Of a stretch of 64,000 nucleotides of DNA, positions 12,801-30,720 are shown piece after piece (within the stretch, counting starts at the first letter, position 1; each line of letters opens with the position of its first letter). Made by a program: the position numbers and the translations under genes. The notes below the pieces were generated by a model, which saw only the letters and a program-made list of their open reading frames with translations, did no database searches and had not been told where the DNA came from. Source of the stretch: Scenedesmus sp. PABB004 (lineage: Eukaryota); the NCBI GenBank assembly GCA_014905635.1, contig JABVCE010000018.1, positions 310,001-374,000 of the forward strand, in the 5' to 3' direction.

Positions 12801-15800
12801 CGCAGGCGGAGCTGACGCGCAAGCGCCTGGAGCGCGCGGGCAAGCTGACGAGCGGGCTCGCGGACGAGGGCGTGCGCTGGCAGGCGACCGCCGACGAGCT
12901 GGGCGCGCGGGAGGGCCTGCTCGTCGGCGACGTGCTGCTCGCGACCGCGTGCGTGGCCTACGTCGGCCCCTTCACTGCGAGCTACAGGGACGAGCTCGTG
13001 GCCGGCTGGGTGGCCGCGTGCCGCGAGCTGGGCGTACCGGTGTCGCAGGTGCGGCGCGGCGCGCGGCGTGCGAGGCAGGGCACGGCTGCCTGCGCCGGCG
13101 ACGCGCGCAGCCCTCCTGGCGCGACGCGGGCGCCTGCCGTTGCTGCTGCGGTCGCCGCGCAGCCGTTCTCGCTGCGCGACACGCTGGCATCGCCGGCCGA
13201 GGTGCGCGAGTGGCACCTGGCGGGTCTGCCGAGTGACGCGACGAGCGTCGACAACGCCGTCATGGCGACGCGCGCACGGCGCTGGCCCCTCATGATAGAC
13301 CCGCAGGTGACCTGCCAGCGCGCGGCTGCGCGCCTCGGGCTCGCGCGTGCGGCGGCGCCCGCTGACGGCCGGCCGTGCGGCGTGGCGCGGCGGCGCGGCC
13401 GCGCAGGGGCAGGCCACCGCGTGGGTGCGCAATCTTGAGTCCCGCAACGGCTTGCGGGTGATGAAGCTCACCGACTCCTGCTTCCTGCGCACGCTGGAGA
13501 ACTGCATCCGCATCGGTGCGGCCCGCGCGCTGCGGCCCGCGCGCGCGGCCTCTCCGCGCCACGGCCGGCCCGCGCGCACCCGCCGCGCCGCGCGCGCCCA
13601 GGACTTGCCGCGGCCGCCGCCGCGCCGCAGGCTGCCCCTGCCTGGTGGAGGGCGTGGGCGAGGCGCTCGACCCGGCGCTGGACCCGGTGCTCGCGCGCAG
13701 CGTCGTCCGCGCGGGCGGGCGCGCGCGGCTGCGCCTTGGCGACGCTGACGTGGACTATGACCCAGGGTTCAGGCTCTACCTCACCAGTCAGCTCCAGAAC
13801 CCGGATTTCCTGCCCGAGGTGTCGATGCGCGTGACGCTGATCAACGCCGGCGTGACGCCCGAGGTGCGCGGCAGCGGCGGAGCTTCCGGCGCCGCGGCCG
13901 CGCGCGCTGGCGAAGCTCGCCGCGCGGCTTGCGGGCCGCGGCGACCGCGACACCACGCGTCCCGCCGCCGCCGCCGCCGCCCGACGGGACAGGGCCTCGA
14001 GGAGCAGCTGCTGGGCGAGGTCGTGCGCCAGGAGCGGCCGGAGCTGGAGGAGGCGCGCGACCGGCTGGGGGTATCCATCGCGGGCGACAAGCGCGCGCTG
14101 CAGGACCTGGAGGTGCCGCCGCCCTGCCGCGCGGCGGCTGCCGGCCAGCGCTGCTGTGACGCCGCCCGTGCGGGGGCGCTCACGCCGCCGCCGCCGGCCT
14201 GGCCGCCCCGCTGCCGCCGCCGCTGCGCAGGACAAGATCCTGCGCCTGCTGCGTGAGAGCGGCGGCGGCAACATCCTGGACGACGAGCAGCTGCTCACGG
14301 CGCTCAACACCGCAAAGCTCACCAGCTCCACAATCCAGGTGCGCCGGCGGCGGCGCGCACCGCCCGCCGGCGCCCCGCGCCCCGCGCCCTGCGCCCACCG
14401 CCACCGCCGCGCCAGGGCCGCGTGCGCGAGGCGGAGGAGACCGAGCGCAGCATCAACGCGGCGCGCGAGGCGTACCGCCCCGCCGCGACGCGCGGCGCGC
14501 TGCTGTACCTCACCGCGGCGGAGCTCGGCGGCGTGAGCCACATGTACGCTGGCCTCGGCCTGCCCGCCTTCAGCCGCCTCTTTGCGCACTGCATCGCGGC
14601 GAGCGGCACCGCGCCCAAGCTCGGCGAGCGGCTCCGCGCGCTGTGCGACCACGCGACGGCGCACGTCTTCCGCATAGTCTCGCGGTGCGGGGCGGGCCCC
14701 GCACTGCGGCCGCGCGCCGCAGAGCCAACGTGTCCCGCCGGCTGCGCGCGCGCCGCGGCCGCCCACGGCGCGCGCCCGCGCCCGCGCTCGCACGCCGCGC
14801 CCCCACGCCACACCGCAGCGGGCTGTTCGAGGAGCACAAGCCGCTGTACGCGCTGCTGCTCTGCGCCGCCATCCTGCGGCACCCGTCGGTGGGCGAAGTC
14901 AGCGAGGCCGAGTGGTCGGCCTTTGCGCGCGGCGCGGCCGCGACGGCGGCGGCCGCCGGCTCCGGCGGGGGCGCCCGCGCGGCGCCGCAGCGGCCCAAGC
15001 CCGACGCGGCCGCCTGGCTGCCGGACGAGGCGTGGGCGGGCCTGGCCGCGCTGGAGCAGCTGCTCCCGGCGCTGTCCGGGCTGTGCGACAGCGTGGGCGG
15101 CGCCGACGCGGCCGCGTGGAGGGACTGGTGCGGTCCGCGCTTTTGCTCGCTGCGCTGCGCCCGCCGGCTGGCTGGCGCCCGCCTGCCGGCGGCCGCCGCG
15201 TCGCCGTGCTGCCGCGACCTCCGCGCTGACGCGCAGCGCGCGCACGGCCCGCCGCGCAGGCACGGCGCGGACGAGCCGCACGAGCGCCCGCTGCCGGGCG
15301 CCTGGCAGGCCCGCGCCGGCGGCCGCTTCGCTTCGCTGCTGCTGGTAAAGGCGCTGCGGCAGGACAAGCTGCTCGCGGCGGCGCAGGGCTTTGTCGCGGC
15401 GCGGCTGGGGCGGGGCTTTGTCGAGCCAGAGCCCTGGACGCTGGACGAGGTCTTTGCCGAGACCAGCGCGCGCACGCCGATCATCTTCATCCTCTCACCG
15501 GGTGCGCCGCGCGGCGCTTGTGCTCTGTCAGCCACGCGAGCGCGCGGGCGCCCGTCGCGCCAGACGCGACGGCCACCGCGCCGCTGAAACCGCCGCACCG
15601 ACGGCCGCCGCAGGCGCCGACCCCACGGCCACGCTGCAAAAGTTTGGCGCGCGGCGCGGCTGGGCGCTGGGGTCGCGCCTGCACCTGGTCAGCCTGGGCC
15701 AGGGGCAAGGCATTATTGCAGAGGCCATGATCAAGCAGGCCGCCGCGGCGGGCGACTGGGTGCTGCTCACAAACTGCCACCTGGCCGTGAGCTGGATGCG

Positions 15801-18211
15801 CCGGCTGCAGGAAAAGGCGCGGCGCGGCGCTGGCGCGGGCGCGGGCGGTGCAAGCGCCGCCACGCCGCGTCCACGCGCGCGGGCCGTGCGGTGACGGCGC
15901 CCACCGCCCCGCCGCCGCGGCGTCGCCCCTGGCGGCGACCACACCGCGCGCCGCAGGTGGAGGAGCTGGGCGGCGAGGGCGTGCACCCAGATTTCAGGCT
16001 TTGGCTCACGACCGCGCCGTCTCCCGACTTTCCCGTCTCGGTGCTGCAAGCGGGCGTCAAGCTGACCAGCGAGCCGCCGCGCGGCGTGCGGGCCAGCCTC
16101 GCGCGCGCGTTTGCTGACGACGGCGCCGCCGCGCCCGGCGCATCGCCGGGGCGGCCCGCCGAGTGGCGGCGGCTAAACTTCGCCCTCGCATTCTTCCACG
16201 CCGCCGTGCAGGCACGGGCAGCGGGGGCGGCGCGGCGCCCCGCGCGCCCGCGCGCCGCTCACGGGAGCTGGCTCGCGCGGCGCGCCGACACCACGCCGCC
16301 GCGGCCGGCCGGCGCCGCGCTCCGCCGCGCCTCCAGGAGCGGCGCAGGTTTGGGGGGCTGGGTTGGACCCTGCCCTACGACTTCAGCGCCGGCGACCTCG
16401 AGTGCAGCGAGGCGTCGCTGGCCGCGCTCCTCGGCGCCGCGGGGCCGGGCGGCGCCGTCCCCTGGGCCGCGCTGGCGTGCGCCATCGGGGACATCCACTA
16501 CGGCGGCCGGTGCGCGGCGGGCGGGGGCGGTTTTACGGGGCGCCGGCGGGCGGAGTGCCGGGCACGCGGGCTCGCGCCGCTGCAGGCCGAGCGGCGCGGG
16601 CGCCGCCACCGCGCGGCTGACGCCGCGGGGCACGCGCGCGCGCGCGTTTGCGCGCGCAGGGTGACGGACGAGCAGGACCGGCGCTGCCTGATGGCGCTGC
16701 TGCGGCGCTTCGTCGCGCCGCGCGTCGCGGCGGGCGAGGGCGCGCAGCTCGCGCCGGGCGGCGCGTACGTGGTGCCGCCTGACTGCGCGGGCCTGGAGGG
16801 CGTGCGGGAGCTCATACGGGCCCTGCCCAGGTGCGAGCGCACGCGCCCCAGCGCACCGCCGGCGCCGGGCCCACGCGCTCAGCGGCCGCGCCGAGCCCAG
16901 CGCGCTCAGCGGCCGCGCCGGCCGCGCGCGCGCCGCTTCCGCGCCGCCGCAGCACGGACGCGCCCGAGGTGTTTGGCCTGCACGCCAACGCCACGCTCGC
17001 GCTTCAGCGCACGGAGGCGTGGCGCCTGCTGGACGCGCTGCTCGCCACGCAGCCGCGCATCAGCGCGGCGGCCGCGGGCGGCGGCGGGCCCGCCGGCGGC
17101 GGCGACGGCGGCGGGCCCGACGCGGCGCTGGCGCTGTGCTCCGAGCTGCTCGCCGCGCTGCCGCCCGACCTCGACCCGCGCGAGGCCGCGCCCGGCCTGC
17201 TCGCGCGCCCGCCCGGCGGCAAGCCCGACAGCCTGGGCGTCGTGCTGGCGCAGGAGGTGGCGCGCTTCGCCCGCCTCGCCGCCGCGGTGCGCGGCAGCCT
17301 CGCCGCGCTCGACGCGGCGCTGCGGGGCGCGGCGGTGATGACGCCGGCGCTCGAGGCGATGCACGGCTCGCTGCTGCTGGGCCAGGTGCGCCGCGCGGCG
17401 CTGCAGCCGGCGACCGCCGCGCGCGGGCCGCCGCCGCCGAGAGCTCGAGCGCGCCCCTGGTGGCCGAGCCGCCGCGCCACGCCACCGCGGCGCCGCGCCG
17501 CAGGTGCCGGAGCTCTGGTCCGCCGTGGCGTACCCATCGCTCAAACCGCTGGCCGGCTGGGTGCGGGACTACGCCCAGCGCGTCGCCTTCATGCGCGCGT
17601 GGCTCTCAGCGGGGCCGCCAGCCTCCTTCTGGCTTCCCGGTGCGGCGGCGGCGGCCGTCCCCGCGCGCGGCCGGCGCGCGCGTCGTGGCTGAGCCGCGCC
17701 GCGCGGCGCCCGTGCCCCTGCAGGCTTCTTCTCCCCGCAGGGCCTCCTCACCGGCGTGCTGCAGGCGCACGCGCGGAAGACGGCGACACCGATCGACGCG
17801 CTGCGCTTTGCGTTTGAGGTCACCGCACACGCGGACGCCTCGTCGGACGCGGCGCCGCCGCCCGACGGCGTCCTGGTGCACGGGCTGTGGCTCGAAGGCG
17901 CGGCCTGGGACGGCGCGTCGCGCTGCCTGCGCGACGGCCGCCCCGGCGACGCGTGCGCGCCGCTGCCGGCGGTGCACTTCCGGCCCGCGGCCGCCGCTGG
18001 CGGGCCCGGCGGCGGCGCCGGCGGCGACACTCAGGCGGCGGCGCCAGCTGGTGTGTATGCATGCCCCCTCTACGCGACACGCGCGCGCTCGTCGGCGGGC
18101 GGCAGCGGCGCGGGCCCTGTGATCGCCGTGGACCTCCCCGTCGCGCCCGGCTGCGCGCCGGACGTGTGGGTGCTGCGCGGCGCGGCGCTGCTCTGTGCGG
18201 TCGACGCGTGA
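1..18211 (+). CDS. Axonemal dynein heavy chain, probably single-headed inner-arm type. 5' end lies outside the window; roughly 57 introns in the window.
   Basis: Spliced exons give dynein motifs: LKERHW (2577), [18 protein letters not shown] (3375), [16 protein letters not shown]1 [18 protein letters not shown] (5091-5231) with [23 protein letters not shown] and HYDFGLRAVKAVL; AAA2 GPTGGGKT (6951); AAA3 GPTGAGKS (8722); AAA4 GVGGCGK (10291); stalk/[18 protein letters not shown] (11914); [16 protein letters not shown] with [10 protein letters not shown]-terminal [10 protein letters not shown] then TGA at 18209-18211. Confidence 0.97.
7751..7806. repeat. (GCC)n trinucleotide tract in a dynein intron; a second tract at about 9823-9865
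   Basis: Uninterrupted gcc run seen directly within the intron at about 7679-7831. Confidence 0.9.
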
Positions 18212-18817
18212 CGTGGAAACAAGGTTCTGATTCGCCTCGGTTGCCACGCGACCCCCCCCCCCCACCGCCCTCGTGCCTCGCTCGCCGCCCGGCCTCCCCC
18301 GCCAAGCGCCCGCCGCCAGGGGCCCCGGTTCTCCCGCCGCCGTCAGGTCTGTCGGGGGTTCCCCACGTGACCCCCGTGCCAGGGCTCCGTGGTCCGCTGC
18401 GCGTCAAGGTCCAAAAGCTCGGCCGCGCCGCCGCCGTTCCGGCGGCAGCGCGGCGGGGCAGCGCGCACCCGGCGGCGCACACGCGCCGCCCCCGGGCGCG
18501 CTGCTCGGCGAAAATCAGCCGCCGCCGCCCGGCGCGCAAAGAAGGCAGTGCTGCTCTCGCGCGCGCGCCGCGCCGCGCCGCCGCTCGGGCCGCCGCCGGA
18601 GCCATCGGCGGGGCCGCGCGCGCGGGCGGGCGGGCGCGCAGCCGGAACACCCAGTCGCCAGCCACACAAAATCGGATCGAATAGCCGCGCCATATCGCCG
18701 CCGCGCCGCCGCCGCGCGGGCGGTCAAGAGATGCGCCCGCGGCGCGGCACTTTGCAGCCGCGCGCGCGGAGCGCTGCTGGCAGTCAGTCAGTAGTACACG
18801 CCCTGCCGCCGCGGGGC

Positions 18818-20453
18818 TCAAATGTGGCTCGAGTGGCGCCGCGCGTCGCCGCCGCCCTGCAGCGAGCTGGGCGCGTGCTCGCTGCCGCGCCGCGCCGCGG
18901 TCGCGGAGATGCCGCGCTGCAGGCTGCGCAGGTCCTCCGGCTCCAGGTCGGTGAGGCGCGAGGTGCTCGCCAGCGCCTTGGCCCGCAGCGCCTCCACCCG
19001 CGCCGCGCTCAGCTCCGGCGCCGGCGGCCGCGCGTGCGCGGGGCGCGGCGGCAGCGGCCCCTGCGGGGCCTGCGGCGGCGCCCACGCGCCCGCACCGCGC
19101 GGCAGCTCGCAGCCCCACAGCGCCTGCTGCGCGTGCTGCTGCTGCTGCGCCTCGGCAAACGGCAGGTGCGCGCAGTGCGCCGCGTAGCCGCCGCCGCCGG
19201 CACCGCCGCCGCCGCCGGCACCGCCACCCGCGCCGCGCAGGCTGAAGGGGAGCAGCACCTCGGTGCACAGCAGCGTGCTGGCCGCGGCGTCGCCGTCGTC
19301 GCCGCCGCCGCCGACGCCGCCGCCCTCGCCGCTGCTGCAGTCCATGTCGTCCGGGCTGGCCGCGTGCCGCGCCGCCGCGTCGGGCGGGCGGTCGCAGCCG
19401 CGCCCCAGCGCCCCGGGCTCGGCCGAGGCGCTGGGGCCGTGCTGCCGCGGGTGCGCCGGCGGCTGCGGCAGCGCGCCCGCCGCGGCGGCGCCGTGCGGCT
19501 GCTGCCCCTCCGGCGGCCCCGGCGACGCCGCGCCCGGGTGCTGCAGGTGCTGCTCCGTGCGCGCCAGCAGCGAGCGCAGCAGCGCGACCTTGCGTAGGTT
19601 GCTGCCCGCCGCGGGGAGGTCGGAGGGGCTGTTGGGCGGCCGCTCCGCCGCCTTGAGCGCCACCTGACTGGGCAGCGCCGGCGAGGCCGGCGGCCCGCCG
19701 CAGGAATACGGCACGGCAGCGCCGCCGGGGCCTCGGGGCTGACCATCGGCGAGCGCGGCTCGCAGCCCGCCCGCAGCTCGCCCAGGCTGGGCGCGCGCAG
19801 CAGGCGGCCGCCGGCGCCGCCGCCGCCGCCGGGCGACGTCGACGCGGGGCGCCCGGGCTGCAGCTGGCCGGGGCCGCCGTGCCCGGGGCCGCCGCCGCCG
19901 CCGGCCCAGGTGGGCGACTCAAGCATCATCATGTCTGCGTCCTCCGCCCGCGGCGAGCACGGCCCGCCGCCGGGCAGCTCCACGAAGCACGCGCCCGGCG
20001 GCCGCTGCTGCTGCTGCTGCTGCTGCTGCGTCGACTGCGCGGCCGCCGCCTCGCCCGCCGCCGCCGCGTGCGCCGCCAGGGCCCGGCCGAAGGAGAGCTT
20101 GGAGAAGCCGCTGGCGATGACCTGCGACGCGGAGGGAGGGCGGGCGGGGAGGGTGGATCAGGGCGGCACCCCCGCCGCGTGCGCACGCGCGCTGCGCGCC
20201 GCCGCTGCTGCGCGCGGCGTCGGTTTCGCCCAGCCGCCGCGCCGCGGGGCCGCCACCGCGCCCGCCGCCGCGCCCCGGGGCCCTGGCGGGCGCCGGGCGC
20301 TGCGTGGGGGCGCACCTCGGTGAAGTAGCGCTTGCTGCTGCGCCAGTTCCCGTCGTCATCGGGCCCCTCGCCGCCCTGCAGGTCGGCCAGCCGCTCCACG
20401 GGGCTGCGCGGCCGCTTGCCGCCGCCGGGCGTGCTGCAGCCCCAGTCCTCCAT
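18818..20453 (-). CDS. Hypothetical protein with low-complexity segments
   Basis: ATG at 20453: MEDWGCSTPGGGKRPRSPVERLADL...SSKRYFTE, GT-AG intron (~20317-20122), VIASGFSKLSFG..., then ERPPNSPSDLPAAGSNLRKVALLRSLLAR and LTDLEPEDLRSLQRG. A frame switch near 19725 needs a 1-bp indel or a 47-nt intron. Confidence 0.65.
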
Positions 20454-21254
20454 GGCGCGGGGCCGCCCCCGCGCGCCTCAGGGGGCCGGGTCGGCGCTCA
20501 TCCCGCCCTCCCGCCGGCGAGGGCGCGCCCCTGGCGCTGCGCGCTCGGGAGCATGCCGGGGCCGATCCCCGCACGGGAGCGCCCTTGGCCGGGCAGCCGC
20601 GCCGGTGGTGCTGCGCTCTGGCAACCACCACCTCGCGCGCCGGCGGCGCGTGCTGTGTGTGTGGAGCGGGAGCCACGAGGAGCGAGGGGCTAGGCGAGGC
20701 CGGCCGGCCGGGTCTGTCCGAAAGGGAGGGCTGCCGCCGGCGCAGCCGCCGACTGGCGGGCCGCGCAGCGGTGCAGCGGCGGCGGGCCCTGCCGCGGCCG
20801 CAGGCGCCGCGGGCGATCGTGGCTGCCGCCAGCCAGCGTGCAAAGCGTGAGCCTGAGGGTTAGGCTACGACGGCCGCGCGCAGGCGGCGCGCGGTGATCG
20901 AGCCGTTGCGCGCGGCGGCGAGCAGCGGCGCGGCCGCGAGGGTTTGGGGGTGGGTGCTCGATCGCGGCTCCCGCCGCGCCTGGACGGTCGCCCTCCGCCC
21001 ACGCCAGCGCGTCGCGCCACGCCACGCCAACACGCTAGCCTCACCAGCGCGCCGCGCGCCCGGTGCCCCCCTGCGTAGGGCCAGCCACCCCGCGCGCGCC
21101 GTCCTGCAAGCGCTGCGCCCGTCAGGTGCGCGCAGCGGTGAGGCGGGAAGGCGTTCGGCCCGGCTCCGCCCGCGCGCGTGCACCCACGTGGGTGCACGCC
21201 GAGAGGAATCTCCTGGCCCGCGCACACCGCCCCGCAGGCGCCCCACCTCCCACC

Positions 21255-23894
21255 ATGCCGACCGGCTCGATTTCCTCGTCCCTGGACGCGGTGGGCGTGG
21301 CGGTGGTCAACTACAAGGTGCGGCGCCGCCGCGCGGCGCCGCCGCGCGCTCGGTGCCGCCTCCACCCACGCGCGCCCGCGCGCGCAGGTCCCGGTCTGCG
21401 AGACGCGCCAGGACGTGCTGGCCAACTGCACCAGGATCGCCAAGTTCATCGGTGAGCGCGCGCGCAGCGCAGCGCACAACGCACACACGGCACAGCACGC
21501 GTGCGGCCGCGCTCGCGCGCCTGTGGCCCTGACGCGCGCGCCCCTGACGCCCGGTGCCGCCACAGATGGCGCCAAGAAGGGCTACCCCGGCCTGGATCTC
21601 ATCATCTTCCCCGAGGTGCGGCGCAGGGGGCGCAGTGGGGGCCGGCTGGCGCGGCGCGGCGCGGCGCGGCGCCCGCGCGCCCCGGCCGCGCGTGCCCCGA
21701 CCGACTGCGCGCACCCAACACCCCCAACCCTCCTCCCGCGCCCCCCGCCCCCTCCTGCAGTACTCGACGCAGGGCTTCCACCCCGAGAAGTGGCAGGACC
21801 TGACCACCACGCTCGACGGCCCCGAGGTCGCGATCTTCAAGGACGCCTGCAAGCGCAACAAGGTGGCGCCCGGCGCGGTCGGCAGCACCGTGTGGGCTGA
21901 TCACCAGACAGTCCACCCGCCCGCCCCCGCACGCGCCCCCCTCTGACGCCGCCCCTCTCCGACACCGCGCCGCCCGCTGCCGCCCGCCGCCGCTGCCGCC
22001 GCCCCTCGACATGCCCAGGTGTACGGCGTGTTCTCCATCACCGGCGAGGCGCACCCCGAGAAGGGCAAGAACCCCTACAACACCCTCATCATGGTCACAG
22101 ACGCGGGGGAGGTCAACCTCGTGTGAGCGCGCGCGCTGCCGCCGCCGCGCCGTCGCGACCCGCCCACGCGCCCCGCACGCCGGCCCCCGCCGCGCCTGCG
22201 TGCGCCGCCGCGGCGTCGCGCCCTGCCACCGGGCCGCAGCGCCGCCCTCTGCTGCTGCGCCGCGGACTCCCCCACACCCCCCCTGGCGCTGCTGCCCCCC
22301 CCCCCCCGGGCAGGTACCGCAAGATCTTCCCCTGGACGCCCAAGGAGCCCTGGACGGCGGGGCACGACACCGCGGTCGCCATCGGCCCCAAGGGCCTCGT
22401 CGTCGGCGGCGTCATCTGGTGCGCGCCGCGCCGCGCCGCGCCGCGCCGCGGCGAGGCTGCCCCGCAGCCGCGGCCGCCGCGCCGCCGCAGCGCTCTCTGT
22501 GCCGTCTGTGTGGCTCACGCGCGCTCGCGCGCCTGCGCCCGCCCCGCAGCTACGACGGCAACATGCCCGAGGGTGCGCCGCCGCCCGCCCGCAGCCGGGG
22601 GCGCCGCCGCGTCCCTGCGCCGGCGCTACGCCGGCGCGCGAGCCGCGCCGCCGACGCCGCCGACGCCGCCGACGCCGCCGCCCTCCCGCCCGCCCGCCCG
22701 TTTTCCAAACCCGCCCGCCCGCGCGGCCGCGGGTCGCAGTCGTGCGCGACACGGTGATGAAGGGCGCGGAGCTGGTGGTGCGCATCCAAGGATACATGTA
22801 CCCCGCCAAGGAGCAGCAGCGCATGGTCGCGCAAGTCCGCGCGTGGGAGGTGACGCTGCGCGCGCCGCGCGCCCCCGCCCCCGCCCGCCGCCCGCGCGCG
22901 CCGCGCGGCGTGCCCCCGCCCCGCGCGCCGCCCCTCACGCGCCTGCCCTGCCTCCGCCGCGCGCGCTTGTGCCACCCTCAACCCGCGACCCCTGCGCCTC
23001 AAACCCCAAAGAACAACTGCTACATGGCCGTCGCCAACATGGCCGGCCGCGACCTGGGTGCGCGGCCGCGCGCGCGCGCGCGCGCCCGCGCCGCCGCCCC
23101 GCCGCGTGCCCGCGCCCGCGCCGCCGCGCGCCCACGCCCTCACACGTCTGTGCCCCACCGCCGCTGCCCGTGGGGCCGCAGTTTACTCTTACTTTGGTCA
23201 CAGCAACATCGTGGACTTTGACGGGAGTGTCCTGGGCGAGTGCGGGACCAGTCCGGACGAGCTGACGTACTCCACGCTCTCCCTGACCGCCATCAGGCAC
23301 GCGCCGCGCCGCGCCGCAGCGCCCGCGGGCGGCCTCTCTCCCGCGCGGCCTGGCTCCCACGCGGCCTGGCTCCCGCTCCCGCCCGCGCCCGCCCGCTCCC
23401 GCGCCCTGGCAGGGACGCGCGGCGGCACTGGACGGCCGAGAACCACCTGTACAACCTGCTGCACCGCGGCTACACGTCCGAGCCGCGCGGCCACGCGGCG
23501 TGCTGCTTCGACTTTTACAAGCAGTGGTGCGGCACGGGCAGCTCGCGGCTGGCCGCGCCGCGCGCCGGGCCCCTGGCACGCACAGACGCCCGCCCGCCCG
23601 CGCGCCGCGCGCCGCAGGGTCAACGCGCCCGACAAGGCGGCCGCGCAGGTGGAGCTGCTCACGCGCGACGCCGACTGCCCCGAGGAGGCCTCCGGCGAGG
23701 CGATCGCGCCCCCGCCGCCCTCCAAGCTGGTGGCGCAGACCCTGTGCGCGGCGGCGGCCCCCGCCGGCGCCGGCGCCGGCGCCGCGGCCAAGGCCGCCAA
23801 CGGCCTGGCCGGCCTGAAGCTCGCCGCGGCGCGCGCCGGCGCGGGGCGCGCGCCCGTCGTCGCGGCGGCCGCGGCCGCGCGCGCGGCCAACTGA
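21255..23894 (+). CDS. Aliphatic amidase/formamidase (nitrilase superfamily, AmiE/AmiF-like), 11 introns
   Basis: Spliced protein [23 protein letters not shown]...[17 protein letters not shown] (catalytic Glu)...NPYNT...[13 protein letters not shown] (Lys)...GPKGL...ICYDGNMPE (Cys)...[16 protein letters not shown]...YSYFGHS...[11 protein letters not shown]. This is the E-K-C triad with aliphatic amidase signatures. Confidence 0.93.
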
Positions 23895-24054
23895 GCGGCA
23901 ACGGCAGCTGTGTGGTGGCGGTGGCTGAATAAGTGAAGGAGTCGAGAGAGGGCTGGCTGGCTGGACCCCAACGGTCGGCGGCTGGCCGCAGCAGCACTGG
24001 CACGGGGCTCGCTGTGCACTGGCAACATGGTGATTTCGTTTAGACCTGCAACAG

Positions 24055-24059
24055 TTACA
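24055..24059 (-). promoter_or_regulatory. Putative TGTAA polyadenylation signal. Similar sites: 31690 (-), 37873 (-), 62361 (-), 49852 and 49881 (+).
   Basis: TTACA/TGTAA lies downstream of predicted stop codons on the matching strand. TGTAA is the established chlorophyte poly(A) signal. Confidence 0.55.
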
Positions 24060-24274
24060 CGCTCTTCGCGCGCCTCCTCCATCAGCCTCCTCCGCGGTCA
24101 CAAATGCGTCCGTGTCGGCTGCGAGACGGCGCAGGGCGGCGCGCGCGCGCGGGCGGCAGCGTGGCGGCGTGGAGGGCGGGAGCGGGAGCGGGCGCGGCGC
24201 CGCCGGCGCCGCCGAGCACGCGCGCGCGGCATGCGGGGCCCGCAGCCCGCAGCCCGCGGCCCGGCGCCTCTTCG

Positions 24275-24351
24275 AGAGCTATCGTTTTGGGTTGAAGTCG
24301 CGTGCCGCCAAAGGGTGGGGGCACGCGACTTCAACCCAAAACGACGGCTCT
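24275..24351. repeat. Inverted repeat/hairpin with 25-bp perfect arms, extendable to about 32 bp
   Basis: TCGTTTTGGGTTGAAGTCGCGTGCC (24282-24306) is the exact reverse complement of 24320-24344. The spacer is 13 nt, and outer AGAGC/GCTCT also pair. Confidence 0.95.
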
Positions 24352-24603
24352 AGCAGCCGACCGGTAGCCCGGCAGGCTGCCCTGGCGGCAGCCGCGCGGC
24401 GCGCGCGCGTGCGTTGGCTGCCCACTCAGGGAGCCGCGTGGGGCACGGGGCGTGGTCGCAACTGCGGCCACGCCCCTGTGCCCCACCCGGCTGCCTGGGT
24501 GGGGGCCGGAGCCCTCTGCTTGGGAGCCGGCAGCCGTAGCTGCCAGCGCAGCCTGCCCAACAAGCCAAACGCCGCTGTCCGCTCCTGCCGCCCCAGTCAC
24601 AAG

Positions 24604-30720
<6,117 letters not shown>

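Noticed and set aside
300..17723. Introner-like repeated intron family
   Set aside because: Introns share low-complexity GCGCC motifs and similar length, but I saw no alignable near-identical introns outside the segmental duplications. An all-versus-all alignment would settle this.
24275..24351. SECIS element or CRISPR repeat
   Set aside because: No non-Watson-Crick GA quartet, a single hairpin only, no repeat-spacer array and no cas genes.
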